A stretch of DNA of 38,941 nt from Candidatus Curtissbacteria bacterium RIFCSPLOWO2_02_FULL_40_11 (GTDB lineage: Bacteria > Patescibacteriota > Microgenomatia > Curtissbacterales > GWA2-41-24), in contig MFBV01000044.1 in the NCBI GenBank assembly GCA_001776505.1, forward strand, positions 1 through 38,941. The letters run 5' to 3'. Shown here piece by piece: positions 18,972-29,238 of this stretch. Both the position numbers and the translations under genes were made by a program. Every line of letters begins with the position of its first letter. Position 1 is the stretch's first letter. The notes beneath the pieces were generated by a model. It was not told the DNA's origin. It did no database searches and saw only the letters and a program-made list of their open reading frames with translations.

Positions 18972-20642
18972 TTAGGGCGTCTGGTCTTGAGCATCGATAG
19001 AAGTAATTGGGGGCCTTTTTAATTTGCTTGGCCAAGTCATTACCCTTTTTAAGAAATGGGTAAAAATTATGAGCTGATCTATTTTGAAAAGATAAGAAAG
19101 AATTATGTAAACAGTAAGACCGGACAAGGTTGCAATGGTTGTCAAAAGAATCAGGCCAACAGTTCTTGTGGTGTCGAATACTAACTGGTCCAAAAGTTTC
19201 ATAGGGATGTATAGGGAAATAGCCGTAATAATTGTAATAATTCCCATCTTTATGGGAGGAACAAAAAAAGTATTAAAATCGAAGCCGCCAACTTTTTTAT
19301 GCAGGAAAAATAGAAGGCCGAGTGCGTTTAGTATCTGACCAATTGAGTAAGCGGCTGCAAGCCAAATTATGGAAAGTTTGAGGATAAAAACGAGAATAAT
19401 ACTTAATGCAATATTTGTGCCAATAGCAACAACACTCACTTTTACAGGGGTCGTGCTGTCTTTTAGAGCATAAAAGCTTCTGGTTAAAAGTAAGCTGATT
19501 GATTGAGCGGCAATCCCGATGGAAAAAGCAATCAGTACCCTTCCGGTTAAAACTGTAATTTCCCATGGAAGTTCCCGGGCACCAAATACAAGACGAACTG
19601 CGGGAACCCTAAGAATTGCAAGTATGGCTGCTGCCGGCAGAATTAAAAATAATATTTGGTGAAAAGATTCTGAGAATAATTTTTTGAATTCCTCTTTTTT
19701 ACCACCGTGATGATGGATAGACAATGTGGGCAGTGCCGCCTGGGAAATTGGTGCCGCGAAAAAAGCAATTGGTACAAGCTGTAGTACTTGGGCAAAATTA
19801 AAGGCAACTATTGAACCTATAGCGGCAATTGAGGCAAGGGCGATATTTATTATCTCGGAAAGCCGAGTTAAGCCCAGAGTTATTGACCGTGGCCACATTA
19901 AAAGAAACATTTCGCGAACATCTTTATTTTTGAGGTCGAAGCTAAATCTGAATTTAAACCCAAGATAAAAAACGAGCGGCAGCTGAACTACCATATGTAG
20001 TAGTGCTCCCAGTATCATTCCGAAGGCAGGCGCGTGAATTCCGATAACGGGAGATAGAAAAATAATTGAGATAATTATCCCGAGATTGTAAAAGATAGAT
20101 GCCACTGCCGGAATTAAAAATCTTTGGAAGGATTGTAGAATTCCGGTCAAGAAAATCGAGACTACAAAGAAAAGTTGGGCTAACAGCATTATTCTGAGTA
20201 ATCTGGCTATTAAAACTTGGGTGTTAGGGTCTTTGTCTATCAGACCGGGAGCGATGAGTGTAGCAATAGGTGAGGCAAAGATCATTATTATAATTGTGAA
20301 AATTGCGAATATTACAAGTGAGATTGTGATCATTGTGGAAGATAGCTTCCAGGCTTGTTCTAGCTTGTCACGAGATAGATATTGGGAAAAGATGGGAATA
20401 AATGCCAACGCAATGGTGCCAAAAATTAAAACTTCGAAAATAGCATCAGGCAAAATTGAGGCCGCGATAAAGCTATCCAAAAGCTTAATATCTTCACCGA
20501 AATAGGCTGCAAGTAAACGGTAGCGAATAAGCCCAAGAACTCTGGAAATTGCTACTGATACCGCGATTAAAAAGGCGGCGGAAAGAATATCTTCCTGTTT
20601 TCTTCTAAATATGTTCGCGCCGTTTTTGAAAATACTAATCAT
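18972..20642 (-). CDS. murJ: Lipid II flippase MurJ (MviN)
   Basis: ISRVLGLIRYRLLAAYFG, AFIPIF, RSFYALKDSTTP; many TM helices; start taken at MISIFKNG. Confidence 0.95.
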   Translation of the reverse strand: MISIFKNGANIFRRKQEDILSAAFLIAVSVAISRVLGLIRYRLLAAYFGEDIKLLDSFIAASILPDAIFEVLIFGTIALAFIPIFSQYLSRDKLEQAWKLSSTMITISLVIFAIFTIIIMIFASPIATLIAPGLIDKDPNTQVLIARLLRIMLLAQLFFVVSIFLTGILQSFQRFLIPAVASIFYNLGIIISIIFLSPVIGIHAPAFGMILGALLHMVVQLPLVFYLGFKFRFSFDLKNKDVREMFLLMWPRSITLGLTRLSEIINIALASIAAIGSIVAFNFAQVLQLVPIAFFAAPISQAALPTLSIHHHGGKKEEFKKLFSESFHQILFLILPAAAILAILRVPAVRLVFGARELPWEITVLTGRVLIAFSIGIAAQSISLLLTRSFYALKDSTTPVKVSVVAIGTNIALSIILVFILKLSIIWLAAAYSIGQILNALGLLFFLHKKVGGFDFNTFFVPPIKMGIITIITAISLYIPMKLLDQLVFDTTRTVGLILLTTIATLSGLTVYIILSYLFKIDQLIIFTHFLKRVMTWPSKLKRPPITSIDAQDQTP

Positions 20643-20661
20643 TGTGATAGAATTATGCCTC

Positions 20662-20780
20662 AATTGACCTAATTGACCTAATTGTATTAAATTTAGTCCA
20701 TTGAAGTGCGAGGTTAGAAGTGAGACAATCCAACTTCTCACATCAGTTTCTACACTCCCATTTCACACATCTCACTTCTA
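20662..20780. repeat. 9-mer tandem and inverted 7-nt periodic arrays between murJ and rpsT
   Basis: aattgacct x2; gaagtgc gaggtta gaagtga ... tcacaca tctcacttc. Confidence 0.6.
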
Positions 20781-20831
20781 GAACTGGGCTTTGGTCATTG
20801 GATATAAATTGTACTTAGAAATTTTAATGTT

Positions 20832-21098
20832 ATGCCAGTTACAAAACAAGCGATAAAAAAAGTTCGACAAGACAAGCGCAAGGCTATTTACAATGCACGA
20901 AAAAAAAGGGGCTATAAACAGGCTGTTAAGAATTACTTGAATAAACCAACAGCTGCAGCACTGCAAAAGGTCTTTAGTACTTTAGATAAAGCAATGAAAG
21001 TAAATATAATTCACAAGAATAAAGCGTCTAGATTAAAATCACAGCTAGCTAAAAAATTACCTTCTTCTAAATCCAAACCAAAAACTAGTTCGAAGTAG
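20832..21098 (+). CDS. rpsT: 30S ribosomal protein S20
   Basis: MPVTKQAIKKVRQDKRK, LDKA..IIHKNKASRLKSQL. Confidence 0.96.
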   Translation: MPVTKQAIKKVRQDKRKAIYNARKKRGYKQAVKNYLNKPTAAALQKVFSTLDKAMKVNIIHKNKASRLKSQLAKKLPSSKSKPKTSSK

Positions 21099-21158
21099 AC
21101 GCTTTGCGAGAATTTCGCAACTATCATAATCGTTGTTACGATAGTTCTCCATTCTCTA
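21096..21158 (+). other. Structured spacer (attC-like hairpin) between active and displaced rpsT ends
   Basis: TAGACGCTTT-GC-GAGAAT..ACTATCATAA-TCGTTG-TTACGATAGT..ATTCTC-TA. Confidence 0.7.
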
Positions 21159-21254
21159 AAAGCTGCAAGGCTTAAGTCTCAATTATCTAATAAACTACCG
21201 TCTTCAAAATCGAAAAAGGCTGCCACAACAACCGAAAAATCCCCTAAATCTTAA
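21159..21254 (+). pseudogene. rpsT: Displaced recoded rpsT 3'-end copy
   Basis: KAARLKSQLSNKLPSSKSKKAATTTEKSPKS* versus active KASRLKSQLAKKLPSSKSKPKTSSK*. Confidence 0.92.
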
Positions 21255-21260
21255 GGGCTT

Positions 21261-21327
21261 GACCCTTCGACTCGCTTCGCTCGCTCAGGGTCTGCGCCAT
21301 GAACTGAACTTCGTTCTAGTTCATGGC
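21261..21327. repeat. REP-like GACCCTTCGA..CTCAGGGTC plus hairpin GCCATGAACT..AGTTCATGGC
   Basis: Two adjacent stem-loops, 21261-92 and 21296-327. Confidence 0.7.
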
Positions 21328-21367
21328 TTGACAAACAATTTAATTTCCAGCTAAGCTTAAAGTAGGT

Positions 21368-21631
21368 ATGAAACTTTCAAGTCTGCGAAAGTCATTATTT
21401 TCTAAAGCTGTAGGTTTTTCATCTGCACTCGCAACTTCGCTGTACCTAGCTACAAGTGCGCTGGCGCAGACATCTACAGGTACCACAGGTACAACCACTA
21501 CAACCAAAGGTGGTACAACTTCGTCTTTACCGGAGGCGGGTACTACTGAGCTTACCTACCTACTGTTTATAGGTGGAATAGTTTTGTTTGTGATTGGAAC
21601 TATAAAGGTAGTTCAAAGCTTTAGAGAGTAA
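21368..21631 (+). CDS. Small exported Thr-rich protein with LPxAG sorting-like motif and C-terminal TM
   Basis: Signal peptide ending ALA-Q, Thr/Gly linker, LPEAGT, hydrophobic helix. Confidence 0.75.
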   Translation: MKLSSLRKSLFSKAVGFSSALATSLYLATSALAQTSTGTTGTTTTTKGGTTSSLPEAGTTELTYLLFIGGIVLFVIGTIKVVQSFRE

Positions 21632-21650
21632 GCGCGGATAAATTCCCTTT

Positions 21651-22778
21651 TTAATGTAATTCGATAAGTCGTTCGACCTCGTCTTTGAGGCGGATTAGGA
21701 CTTCGTTGTAAGTAAATTGTCCAACGAGTTCGGGGCCGCGCTTAAGATTGACGTGAGTAGGCCCACACCAAAGACCAAGGTCGGCGTCATCAGTTTCTCC
21801 CGGACCATTAACTCTACACCCCATAACAGCAATAGTTATGTTATTGTCTTTCGCAAATTCCGTTAGTTCACGCACGCTTTGCGCAAGCTCAACAAAAGCC
21901 TCGTTTTCAACTCTTGAGCAAGATGGACATGAAATTATATTTAATCCCCCATCTTGAATTTCTGATAAGGATAGAAATTCTCCTGCTTCAATTTTCTCAA
22001 GAATTTCACGACCCACGTGTATTTCTTCACCTTTTTCCTCAAAAGGTAGAGTTAGGGAAACTCGAATTGTATCACCTATGCCAATCGGAATTAATTGTTC
22101 GAAGGCGAGTCGAGTTTTCATAATGCCGCCCAGAGGCATTCCTGCTTCAGTTACACCTAAATGGATTGGTACATCTGGACGAAGCTTTGCAAAACGTTTG
22201 TTGGCTTCAACAACTTTTTTTGGATCGGAATCTTTGAGGGAAACACAGTAGCGAGTAAATCCAAGCTTGTCTAGAATCTCGCTATGTTCAAGTGCTGATG
22301 CGACTATTGGGGATATTGAGTCAGAAGGATCGAACCTGTTGGCAACTTCCGGATCGACCGACCCACAGTTAACACCTACTCTTAAAGCGCAATCATGCTT
22401 TTCTGCCTGTTCAGCAATAAATGCGACTTTTTCCCTTGTCGACATTTGTTTTTCATGGTGCCAAAGGTGACCCGGGTTGTAGCGGATTTTATCAACATAT
22501 GGTACTACTAATTTCGCCAAACGCCAGTTTTCTTGGAGATCAACCGAAAGTGGAACTACGGTCTGAGCCCGAATTTCTGCTAAAGCCTCGACATCTTTTA
22601 TGCTATCTGCTGCAATTCTAACTAAAGATGCGCCAGCCTTTTCCAGCAATTGAACTTGCTGCAGGGTTGCTTCAATATCCTGTGTGTGCGTTGCAGCCAT
22701 ACTCTGAACTGCAATAGGCTTGTCTCCACCAATTTTTAAGCTGCCAATGCCAATTTCTTTGGTCTGCCTGCGTTCTAT
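21651..22778 (-). CDS. ispG: HMBPP synthase IspG (GcpE); apparent non-ATG start
   Basis: [67 protein letters not shown]; family similarity extends upstream of ATG 22700 to ATA 22778. Confidence 0.92.
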   Translation of the reverse strand: MERRQTKEIGIGSLKIGGDKPIAVQSMAATHTQDIEATLQQVQLLEKAGASLVRIAADSIKDVEALAEIRAQTVVPLSVDLQENWRLAKLVVPYVDKIRYNPGHLWHHEKQMSTREKVAFIAEQAEKHDCALRVGVNCGSVDPEVANRFDPSDSISPIVASALEHSEILDKLGFTRYCVSLKDSDPKKVVEANKRFAKLRPDVPIHLGVTEAGMPLGGIMKTRLAFEQLIPIGIGDTIRVSLTLPFEEKGEEIHVGREILEKIEAGEFLSLSEIQDGGLNIISCPSCSRVENEAFVELAQSVRELTEFAKDNNITIAVMGCRVNGPGETDDADLGLWCGPTHVNLKRGPELVGQFTYNEVLIRLKDEVERLIELH

Positions 22779-23914
22779 TGTTCCTCCAACTTAAATATTT
22801 GTTGCTGAACATATTCGGCAAGATCGGAATAAAGGTTACCTCGAGGAACTAGTACAAATTGGCCGCCATGGTCTTCTGGATTACCAACCTGCAAGATGCT
22901 CCCCTTTTCTTCGGTATCGAGAACAAGCCTGCGGATAGTAGTTGGGTCTATTTTGCCAGCCAATTTAGCAAAAAGTGGAATATCATCGTTTTCGATATTA
23001 GTGTCGATTGACTGACCGAAGGTTTTAATCAAATCTATGATTGTAGAAGGGTTAGTAAGAATCTCGGACGAAAGCATTTTGTCGCGAAATGCAAGAATGG
23101 CCTTCTGTTGACGCGCGCTTCTTGCAAAATCCGAGCCTTCGTCGTTTGTCCCCTTTCTGGACCTTACGAATTTTAAAGCAGTTTCACCGTCCATCAAAGT
23201 TGAACCTTGAGCAAATTCAATAGTTTCATATCGACAGGTAAATGGGTCGTTATTGTCATTGAGTTCATCTATTCGGATTTTTTCATCATCGCTAATCTTG
23301 ACGACTTTAGTCTCTTGCCCATCTATTTCTTCAGTTTCAATTGTCAATCCGCATAGGTTGTTTTCTTTACCGCTAATTGGGTAGCGCTCGTCGATAAATG
23401 CATTTTCTACATTAACATTTAATCCATCGACTAAATCTACCGCCTTGACAAATCCATCAAAATCTAAACGCACTGCATAGTGAACAGGCATGCCAAATAG
23501 AAGGCTGATGGTTTCTTGCACTAATTCCAATCCGTCACCTTGTTCTAAGCCGTAAGCATATGCACTATTAATTTTGGCACGCAGATTAGGTGCCCAAAGA
23601 TCTCGAGGAATAGAAACTAAAACGACATCTTTGCCTTTTTTATCGATTGAGGCAAAAATCATGGTGTCGGAGAGATATGGCCCTTCATGGCCCGGCCCTC
23701 CGGTTCCAAGAAGTAAAAGGTTGACTCTCCCCCTATCGCTTTCAAGTCCCGTATCCGTGATGAGTTCGACCACCGTTTTGGGGCCTTTAAATACAAATTC
23801 GCCCAGATTCAGAAATTTAATAACTCCTAAAACCACAAACGTTAATACGATTGCTAAAATAAGGATTTTGAGAATGGGGGCAGACCGTTTCGGTTTATGG
23901 CCCAATTGCCGCAT
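22775..23914 (-). CDS. LytR-CpsA-Psr (LCP) family protein
   Basis: N-terminal [42 protein letters not shown]. Confidence 0.95.
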   Translation of the reverse strand: MRQLGHKPKRSAPILKILILAIVLTFVVLGVIKFLNLGEFVFKGPKTVVELITDTGLESDRGRVNLLLLGTGGPGHEGPYLSDTMIFASIDKKGKDVVLVSIPRDLWAPNLRAKINSAYAYGLEQGDGLELVQETISLLFGMPVHYAVRLDFDGFVKAVDLVDGLNVNVENAFIDERYPISGKENNLCGLTIETEEIDGQETKVVKISDDEKIRIDELNDNNDPFTCRYETIEFAQGSTLMDGETALKFVRSRKGTNDEGSDFARSARQQKAILAFRDKMLSSEILTNPSTIIDLIKTFGQSIDTNIENDDIPLFAKLAGKIDPTTIRRLVLDTEEKGSILQVGNPEDHGGQFVLVPRGNLYSDLAEYVQQQIFKLEEQ

Positions 23915-23916
23915 TA

Positions 23917-24630
23917 CTAAATTGTAGCGTTTTCGATGAGTTTAAGAAAAGAGTCCGGTTTGACGCTTGCCTGACCAACCAAACCCCCGTGGATATTATT
24001 TTGTGAGAAAAATGATTTAACGTTACTGTCGTTTATACTACCACCGTAAATCGTTGTAACGTTTTTGCCAATTTTGCTTGTAATTTCCCCCGCATTTTTA
24101 TTAGCATCTTCAGGGTCGTCCGGTTTAAATTCGCCGCCTCCGCTGATTGCGCTAGGTGGCTCAAAAACAAAAATTATTTTGTCCCAGTTTTCTTTGAGTA
24201 GCTCACCTTTCTTTAAATACTCACCAAGTTGGCTTATATCACTTATACAAAGAATCGGGGTTATGTTGTTTTCTAGAGCGAGCTCAACTTTTTTAAAAAC
24301 GTTTTCGTTTGTTTCGCCAAAATGTTTTCTTCTTTCAGAATGACCGATGATTGCATATTCAACAAGATCTTTTATCTGGCTAGCTGCAACTGCACCAGTG
24401 TAAGCGCCTCCGTTGAACTTAGAAATATCCTGTGCGCCGAGTTTTATGCTGAAAGCTTTAGCATCAATTAATTGTTTGGCGCCGGAAAGAAACGGGTAAG
24501 ACGGACAATATATAATTGTGCCTTTGAAATCTTTTGCCCTGTTACCGACCGTATTTATCCAGTCTTGGGATTCTTCCCAAGTTTGGTTAGATTTAATGTT
24601 TGCTACCACTACAGGAGCGGGGTTACTCAT
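23917..24630 (-). CDS. tpiA: Triosephosphate isomerase
   Basis: VANIK, GAQDIS..GAYTG, IIGHSERR, FEP..AI, IYGGS, GGLVGQAS. Confidence 0.95.
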   Translation of the reverse strand: MSNPAPVVVANIKSNQTWEESQDWINTVGNRAKDFKGTIIYCPSYPFLSGAKQLIDAKAFSIKLGAQDISKFNGGAYTGAVAASQIKDLVEYAIIGHSERRKHFGETNENVFKKVELALENNITPILCISDISQLGEYLKKGELLKENWDKIIFVFEPPSAISGGGEFKPDDPEDANKNAGEITSKIGKNVTTIYGGSINDSNVKSFFSQNNIHGGLVGQASVKPDSFLKLIENATI

Positions 24631-24886
24631 ATTTGGCAAGGGTTTTTAGAAAATTATCCTTTTGGATTGCCCCAACAATCCTTTCGACCTCTTTGTCGTC
24701 CTTTTCAATGATGTAGGTCGGGATCGACATTACTTGATATTCGGCCGCCCTTTCCTGATTCTGGTCGACATCGATCCTTTCGAACTCAACTTTCCCCTTG
24801 AGTTCTTTTTCCATCTCATCGATGATGGGATTCATGAATTTACAGGGGCCGCACCATTCTGCCCAAAAATCTAATACTTTGACCAT
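24623..24886 (-). CDS. trxA: Thioredoxin
   Basis: DFWAEWCGPCK; AAGGAGG RBS. Confidence 0.96.
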   Translation of the reverse strand: MVKVLDFWAEWCGPCKFMNPIIDEMEKELKGKVEFERIDVDQNQERAAEYQVMSIPTYIIEKDDKEVERIVGAIQKDNFLKTLAKYE

Positions 24887-24997
24887 AAAACCTCCTTGCT
24901 ATAATTTATCAGGTGTATTATTTATTGTAGCTAATTTTAACCGGATCTCTCAACCTTTGAAGTGAAATGGGTCACACTACACAATGATTATCTTTCT

Positions 24998-26902
24998 ATG
25001 TCTAGGATACTAAATGACCTAGATCAATATCAACAATTAGCTGTTGTGCAAACCGATGGGCCGGTATTGATTCTGGCTGGCGCCGGCAGTGGCAAAACTC
25101 GGGTTCTAACTTATAAAGTAGCCTATCTAATTGCAAAAGGAATCAAGCCTTCAGAGATTATCGCAGTGACTTTTACGAACAAAGCTGCAAATGAAATGAA
25201 AGAGCGAGTCAGAAAGTTAATTGTGAATAGTAAATTGTTAATAGATAAAAAAGATCAAAACCATTCACTATTAACCATTCACGATTTACCTTACGTCGGT
25301 ACTTTCCACGCCTTTTGCGCAAAAGTCTTAAGGGTCGATGGCAAATACATTGGGATCCCTAGTGGTTATTTAATTTATGACAGTGATGATTCGCTCACTT
25401 TGGTTAAAAGAATAATGAAAGATGCCAACATTTCTACGAAAATATATAAACCAAGCTCAATTCGCGCCGCTATAAGTTCTGCCAAAAACGAAATGGTGGA
25501 CAATATTGCCTACCGTGATATTGCCCGAAGCCCATTTGGTAAAACGGTATTGGAAGTTTATGAAATATACCAAAAAGAACTGCAGACAATTGGTGCGTGC
25601 GATTTTGACGATCTGCTTTTAAAAACCGTTGGACTTTTTGAAAAAGTTCCTCAGATTCTCGAAAAATACTCAAGCAAATATAAATATGTTTTGGTGGACG
25701 AATATCAGGACGTCAATACTGTCCAATATATTTTGACTAAGCAGTTAGCGTCAAAATATGGCAACTTAACTGTTGTTGGTGATGCCTCTCAGGCTATTTA
25801 TTCATTCAGAGGTGCCAATTTTCGCAACATTTTAAATTTTGAAAATGATTTTCTAAACGCTAAAGTTTTTAATTTGGAGCAAAACTACCGTAGTACAAAA
25901 AATATTTTAACAGCGGCAAACAGTATTATTTCCAAAAACACTTCCCACCCCGTTTTAAATCTATGGACAAAAAAACAAGTTGGCGAAAGAATCAGCATTT
26001 ATAATGCGCAAAATGAAATTGACGAAGCGAATTTTATTCTTGAGAGGATTGTAACGAGCAGTAAACCACTTTCTAATTTTGCAGTTCTTTATAGAACAAA
26101 TGCTCAATCCAGAAATATTGAAGAAGCGTTTTTGCACGGCAATATTCCATACAGGATTTACGGCGGTATTAGGTTTTATGAAAGGAAAGAAATTAAAGAT
26201 GTGCTGGCTTATCTGCGGCTGATTGCCAATCCTGCTGATTCAATATCTAGAACTCGAATTGAAAAACTGGGCAAAGGCAGGCTCAAGAAATTTGAGGAGC
26301 TAAAGCAAAAAATAGATATCAATGTCATTGCGAGCGAAGCGAAGCAATCTCGGAAAAAAGATCGCCACGTCGAGTCTGACTCGACTCGCGATGACAAATC
26401 TAGTTTAAAGCCACTAGAATTAATCGGTAAAGTTTTGGAAGCAACCGAATATTTGAAGTTGATTGATGATGGTACAGAACAAGGCCTGCAAAGGGTAGAA
26501 AATGTAAAAGAGCTAAAATCGGTTGCCAGTGAATTTGAAAACCTTTCAACACTTCTTGAAAACATCGCACTGATGGAAGGCAAGGTTGCTCCGGAAGGTT
26601 CTTTCGAAGAGAAAGGTAAAAATTTCGTGACACTTATGACGCTTCATGCTGCTAAAGGATTGGAGTTTGAGAACGTTTTTATTGTTGGCATGGAAGAAGG
26701 CTTGTTTCCGCATTCAAGAAGTATGCTTGACCCTGCGGAAATTGAAGAGGAGCGACGTTTAGCTTATGTTGGGATGACACGCGCAAAACAAAAACTTTAC
26801 CTTTCCTACGCTTCGCAGAGACTTTATTTTGGTTCAAAGAGCGCGAATTTAGTTTCCAGATTTATTGTAGATATTCCGGAAGAATTAATTTCGGCGATCT
26901 GA
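24998..26902 (+). CDS. pcrA: UvrD/PcrA DNA helicase with two in-frame repeat insertions
   Basis: AGAGSGKT, TFTNKAA, VDEYQD, LEQNYRS, TLHAAKGLEF, EERRLAYVGMTRA. Confidence 0.96.
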   Translation: MSRILNDLDQYQQLAVVQTDGPVLILAGAGSGKTRVLTYKVAYLIAKGIKPSEIIAVTFTNKAANEMKERVRKLIVNSKLLIDKKDQNHSLLTIHDLPYVGTFHAFCAKVLRVDGKYIGIPSGYLIYDSDDSLTLVKRIMKDANISTKIYKPSSIRAAISSAKNEMVDNIAYRDIARSPFGKTVLEVYEIYQKELQTIGACDFDDLLLKTVGLFEKVPQILEKYSSKYKYVLVDEYQDVNTVQYILTKQLASKYGNLTVVGDASQAIYSFRGANFRNILNFENDFLNAKVFNLEQNYRSTKNILTAANSIISKNTSHPVLNLWTKKQVGERISIYNAQNEIDEANFILERIVTSSKPLSNFAVLYRTNAQSRNIEEAFLHGNIPYRIYGGIRFYERKEIKDVLAYLRLIANPADSISRTRIEKLGKGRLKKFEELKQKIDINVIASEAKQSRKKDRHVESDSTRDDKSSLKPLELIGKVLEATEYLKLIDDGTEQGLQRVENVKELKSVASEFENLSTLLENIALMEGKVAPEGSFEEKGKNFVTLMTLHAAKGLEFENVFIVGMEEGLFPHSRSMLDPAEIEEERRLAYVGMTRAKQKLYLSYASQRLYFGSKSANLVSRFIVDIPEELISAI

Positions 26903-26904
26903 AA

Positions 26905-27312
26905 TTATCTCCAATTGTCAATATCCACTTGTGCAAATGGAGCTGATTTTTCGTCGGGTGTTCGATCCACTTGTAATCTTACCCCTACTATGGTGACAAC
27001 TATTGGCTCATCATTGTTATTAACTACTTCCCCATCTCTAACCTCGATTGCACTTCCATCAGCTGCTGTTGCTCTAATAATTTGATCTGGAAAAGCTAAC
27101 CGGTGGCGTGGGTTAATTTTGAAATCTGCTTGAGAATTCTCATCTGGATATGCTCTCCATTCTTCGCCAGGCTTCATATCCCAGACTCTTGTACTCAAGG
27201 TTGTAGTAAAGAGTGAAGTGCGTACAACTGTTCGAGACCATGCTTCGACCGCAATCTCATCGGCAAAGTTTGTTTCGTGAGACATTGGTTGAATCAAAGC
27301 TTCTATGATCAT
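26905..27312 (-). CDS. Hypothetical protein (ORFan-like)
   Basis: Open frame; likely start MIIEAL, 10 nt after TAAAAT. Confidence 0.55.
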   Translation of the reverse strand: MIIEALIQPMSHETNFADEIAVEAWSRTVVRTSLFTTTLSTRVWDMKPGEEWRAYPDENSQADFKINPRHRLAFPDQIIRATAADGSAIEVRDGEVVNNNDEPIVVTIVGVRLQVDRTPDEKSAPFAQVDIDNWR

Positions 27313-27400
27313 AAGTTCAGGAATTTTATACAAAAATTTTCTAAATGTCAAACTATGGGATGATGGTTTATGTGATTTGTGGCATTTGTTAAAATGAATT

Positions 27401-28177
27401 GTGAATTTGAAAGTTCTCTGGCAAGACTCAAGACTGCATGTAGGTTTTACCTTATTTTTAGTCTGGCTTCTGGCCATTTGGCAATTTAGGACTGACCCAA
27501 ATATCCTTCGAATTATTCTTTATCCCCTACTTTCTACCGCAATTATTGCACTTTTTGATTTTGAGTTAACTTATCTTAGGTATCGAAAAAATTACCTGCC
27601 GACAGCGGCAGTTGTTTCCGGATTTTTAATTGGTCTGATCTTAGCTCCCACAGAACCTTTTTATGTAATTATTCTTGCCTCGATTTTGGCCTCACTTTCA
27701 AAGCAATTTGTGGTGGCGGGAATACGTCAGCATATTTTTAATCCGGCAGCGTTTGGCATCATGGCGGTTTTTTTAATTTTTGGAACAACCGTTTCCTGGT
27801 GGGCAGTTGCTTGGGGGTTTTTACCGCTAATTATCCTCATCCCGTTGATGTTAAGAATCCTTTGGAAGCTCAAAAGGCTCTTTTTGCCTTTAGGTTTTTT
27901 ATTAGTTTATTTTTTATACCTGTTATCCACATCGACATTTGATATCGCTGCAAGAACCATAGTTGACCCAACTCTTTTGTTTTTTGCACTTGTTATGCTT
28001 CCGGAGCCAATTACTTCTCCAATTGCTGGGCACCTTAAGTATAGTTTTGGGTTGATGGTGGCAATTTTGGCAATTTTGATATCTAGATTTACGGCATTTT
28101 CTACAATTTTCTTGCCTGCGCTGCTTTTAGCAAATTTAGGATCTTTCTTAATTTTGAGAGTTAAAAAGGCATCATAA
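27401..28177 (+). CDS. RnfD/NqrB-like membrane protein
   Basis: ASLSKQF....HIFNPAAFG, FFALVMLPEPITSP; multi-TM. Confidence 0.8.
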   Translation: MNLKVLWQDSRLHVGFTLFLVWLLAIWQFRTDPNILRIILYPLLSTAIIALFDFELTYLRYRKNYLPTAAVVSGFLIGLILAPTEPFYVIILASILASLSKQFVVAGIRQHIFNPAAFGIMAVFLIFGTTVSWWAVAWGFLPLIILIPLMLRILWKLKRLFLPLGFLLVYFLYLLSTSTFDIAARTIVDPTLLFFALVMLPEPITSPIAGHLKYSFGLMVAILAILISRFTAFSTIFLPALLLANLGSFLILRVKKAS

Positions 28178-28215
28178 TTTTCTCAAAAGAGTGATAGGAT
28201 AAAATTAGGTAAACT

Positions 28216-29235
28216 ATGATTGTTCGTGAAGTCGAAGAAAACGAAAAGAATTTATATAACAAAAAAGTTAATCATCTTGTTCAGTCTTGGGAATGGGGAG
28301 AATTTCGTAGAAAAACCGGGCTCGATGTAGTAAGGCTAGGACACTTTGAAGGTGACCATTTAGAAGAAGGTTACCAATTGACTTTCCACAAAGTTCCGCT
28401 TTTCCCCAAAAAAATTGGCTACTTTCCAAAAGGGCCAATGCCAAATACCAGAATGATTGCTGCGCTTAAAGAGGAAGCAAAAAGTAAAAATGCCGCATTT
28501 ATTAAGCTTGAGCCGAATGTGGTTTTAGCTAGTGAAAAGGGTGAAAAAGATATTATTGCCGATTTTAAAAATTTTGGTTTAATACCTTCGAAAAAACCTT
28601 TGTTTACCAAATGGAATTTTTTAATTGACCTTACAAAAAGTGAGGATAGTTTACTCGCTGCCATGCACCCCAAAACTCGTTACAACATTAAAGTAGCCCA
28701 AAGATACGGCGTAGAAGTTAAAGACAGTACAGACGAAATTGATTTTGATATTTATTTAAAACTTTATTTTGAAACTACAAAGCGGCAAAAATATTTTGGC
28801 CATACACCCCAATATCATAAACTGGTTTGGGAAACTTTAATGCCGGCTGGTATGGCGAGGGTTTTGATGGCAAGGTATCGAGGAAAGCCGCTTGTTGCTT
28901 GGATGCTCCTGAATTTTAAGGATACTCTTTATTATCCATATGGGGGTTCTTCTTTGGAACATAAAGAAGTTATGGCGTCTAATTTAATAGCTTGGGAAGC
29001 GATTCGCCTTGGCAAAAATATGGGGCTTAAAGTCTTTGATATGTGGGGAGCTTTGAGCCCAAAAGTTACAGAAAAAGACCCTTGGTACGGCTTCCATAAG
29101 TTTAAAGCAGGATATGGCGGTTTGCATGTCGAGTATGTGGGAACTTATGATTTGATTTTAAATAATGCTCTTTACAAAAGCTTAAATATGGCCGACAGAA
29201 TGAGATGGCTGATGTTGAGGATGGGACGGCGGTAA
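28216..29235 (+). CDS. FemAB/FemX-family peptidoglycan aminoacyltransferase
   Basis: HLVQSWEWGEFR, YFPKGP, KTRYNIK, YPYGGS, FDMWG, GFHKFKAGYGG. Confidence 0.93.
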   Translation: MIVREVEENEKNLYNKKVNHLVQSWEWGEFRRKTGLDVVRLGHFEGDHLEEGYQLTFHKVPLFPKKIGYFPKGPMPNTRMIAALKEEAKSKNAAFIKLEPNVVLASEKGEKDIIADFKNFGLIPSKKPLFTKWNFLIDLTKSEDSLLAAMHPKTRYNIKVAQRYGVEVKDSTDEIDFDIYLKLYFETTKRQKYFGHTPQYHKLVWETLMPAGMARVLMARYRGKPLVAWMLLNFKDTLYYPYGGSSLEHKEVMASNLIAWEAIRLGKNMGLKVFDMWGALSPKVTEKDPWYGFHKFKAGYGGLHVEYVGTYDLILNNALYKSLNMADRMRWLMLRMGRR

Positions 29236-29238
29236 AGA

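Noticed and set aside
24925-24960. Possible duplicated pcrA 5' end (ILTG..LN)
   Set aside because: Only a few residues, no start codon; not significant.
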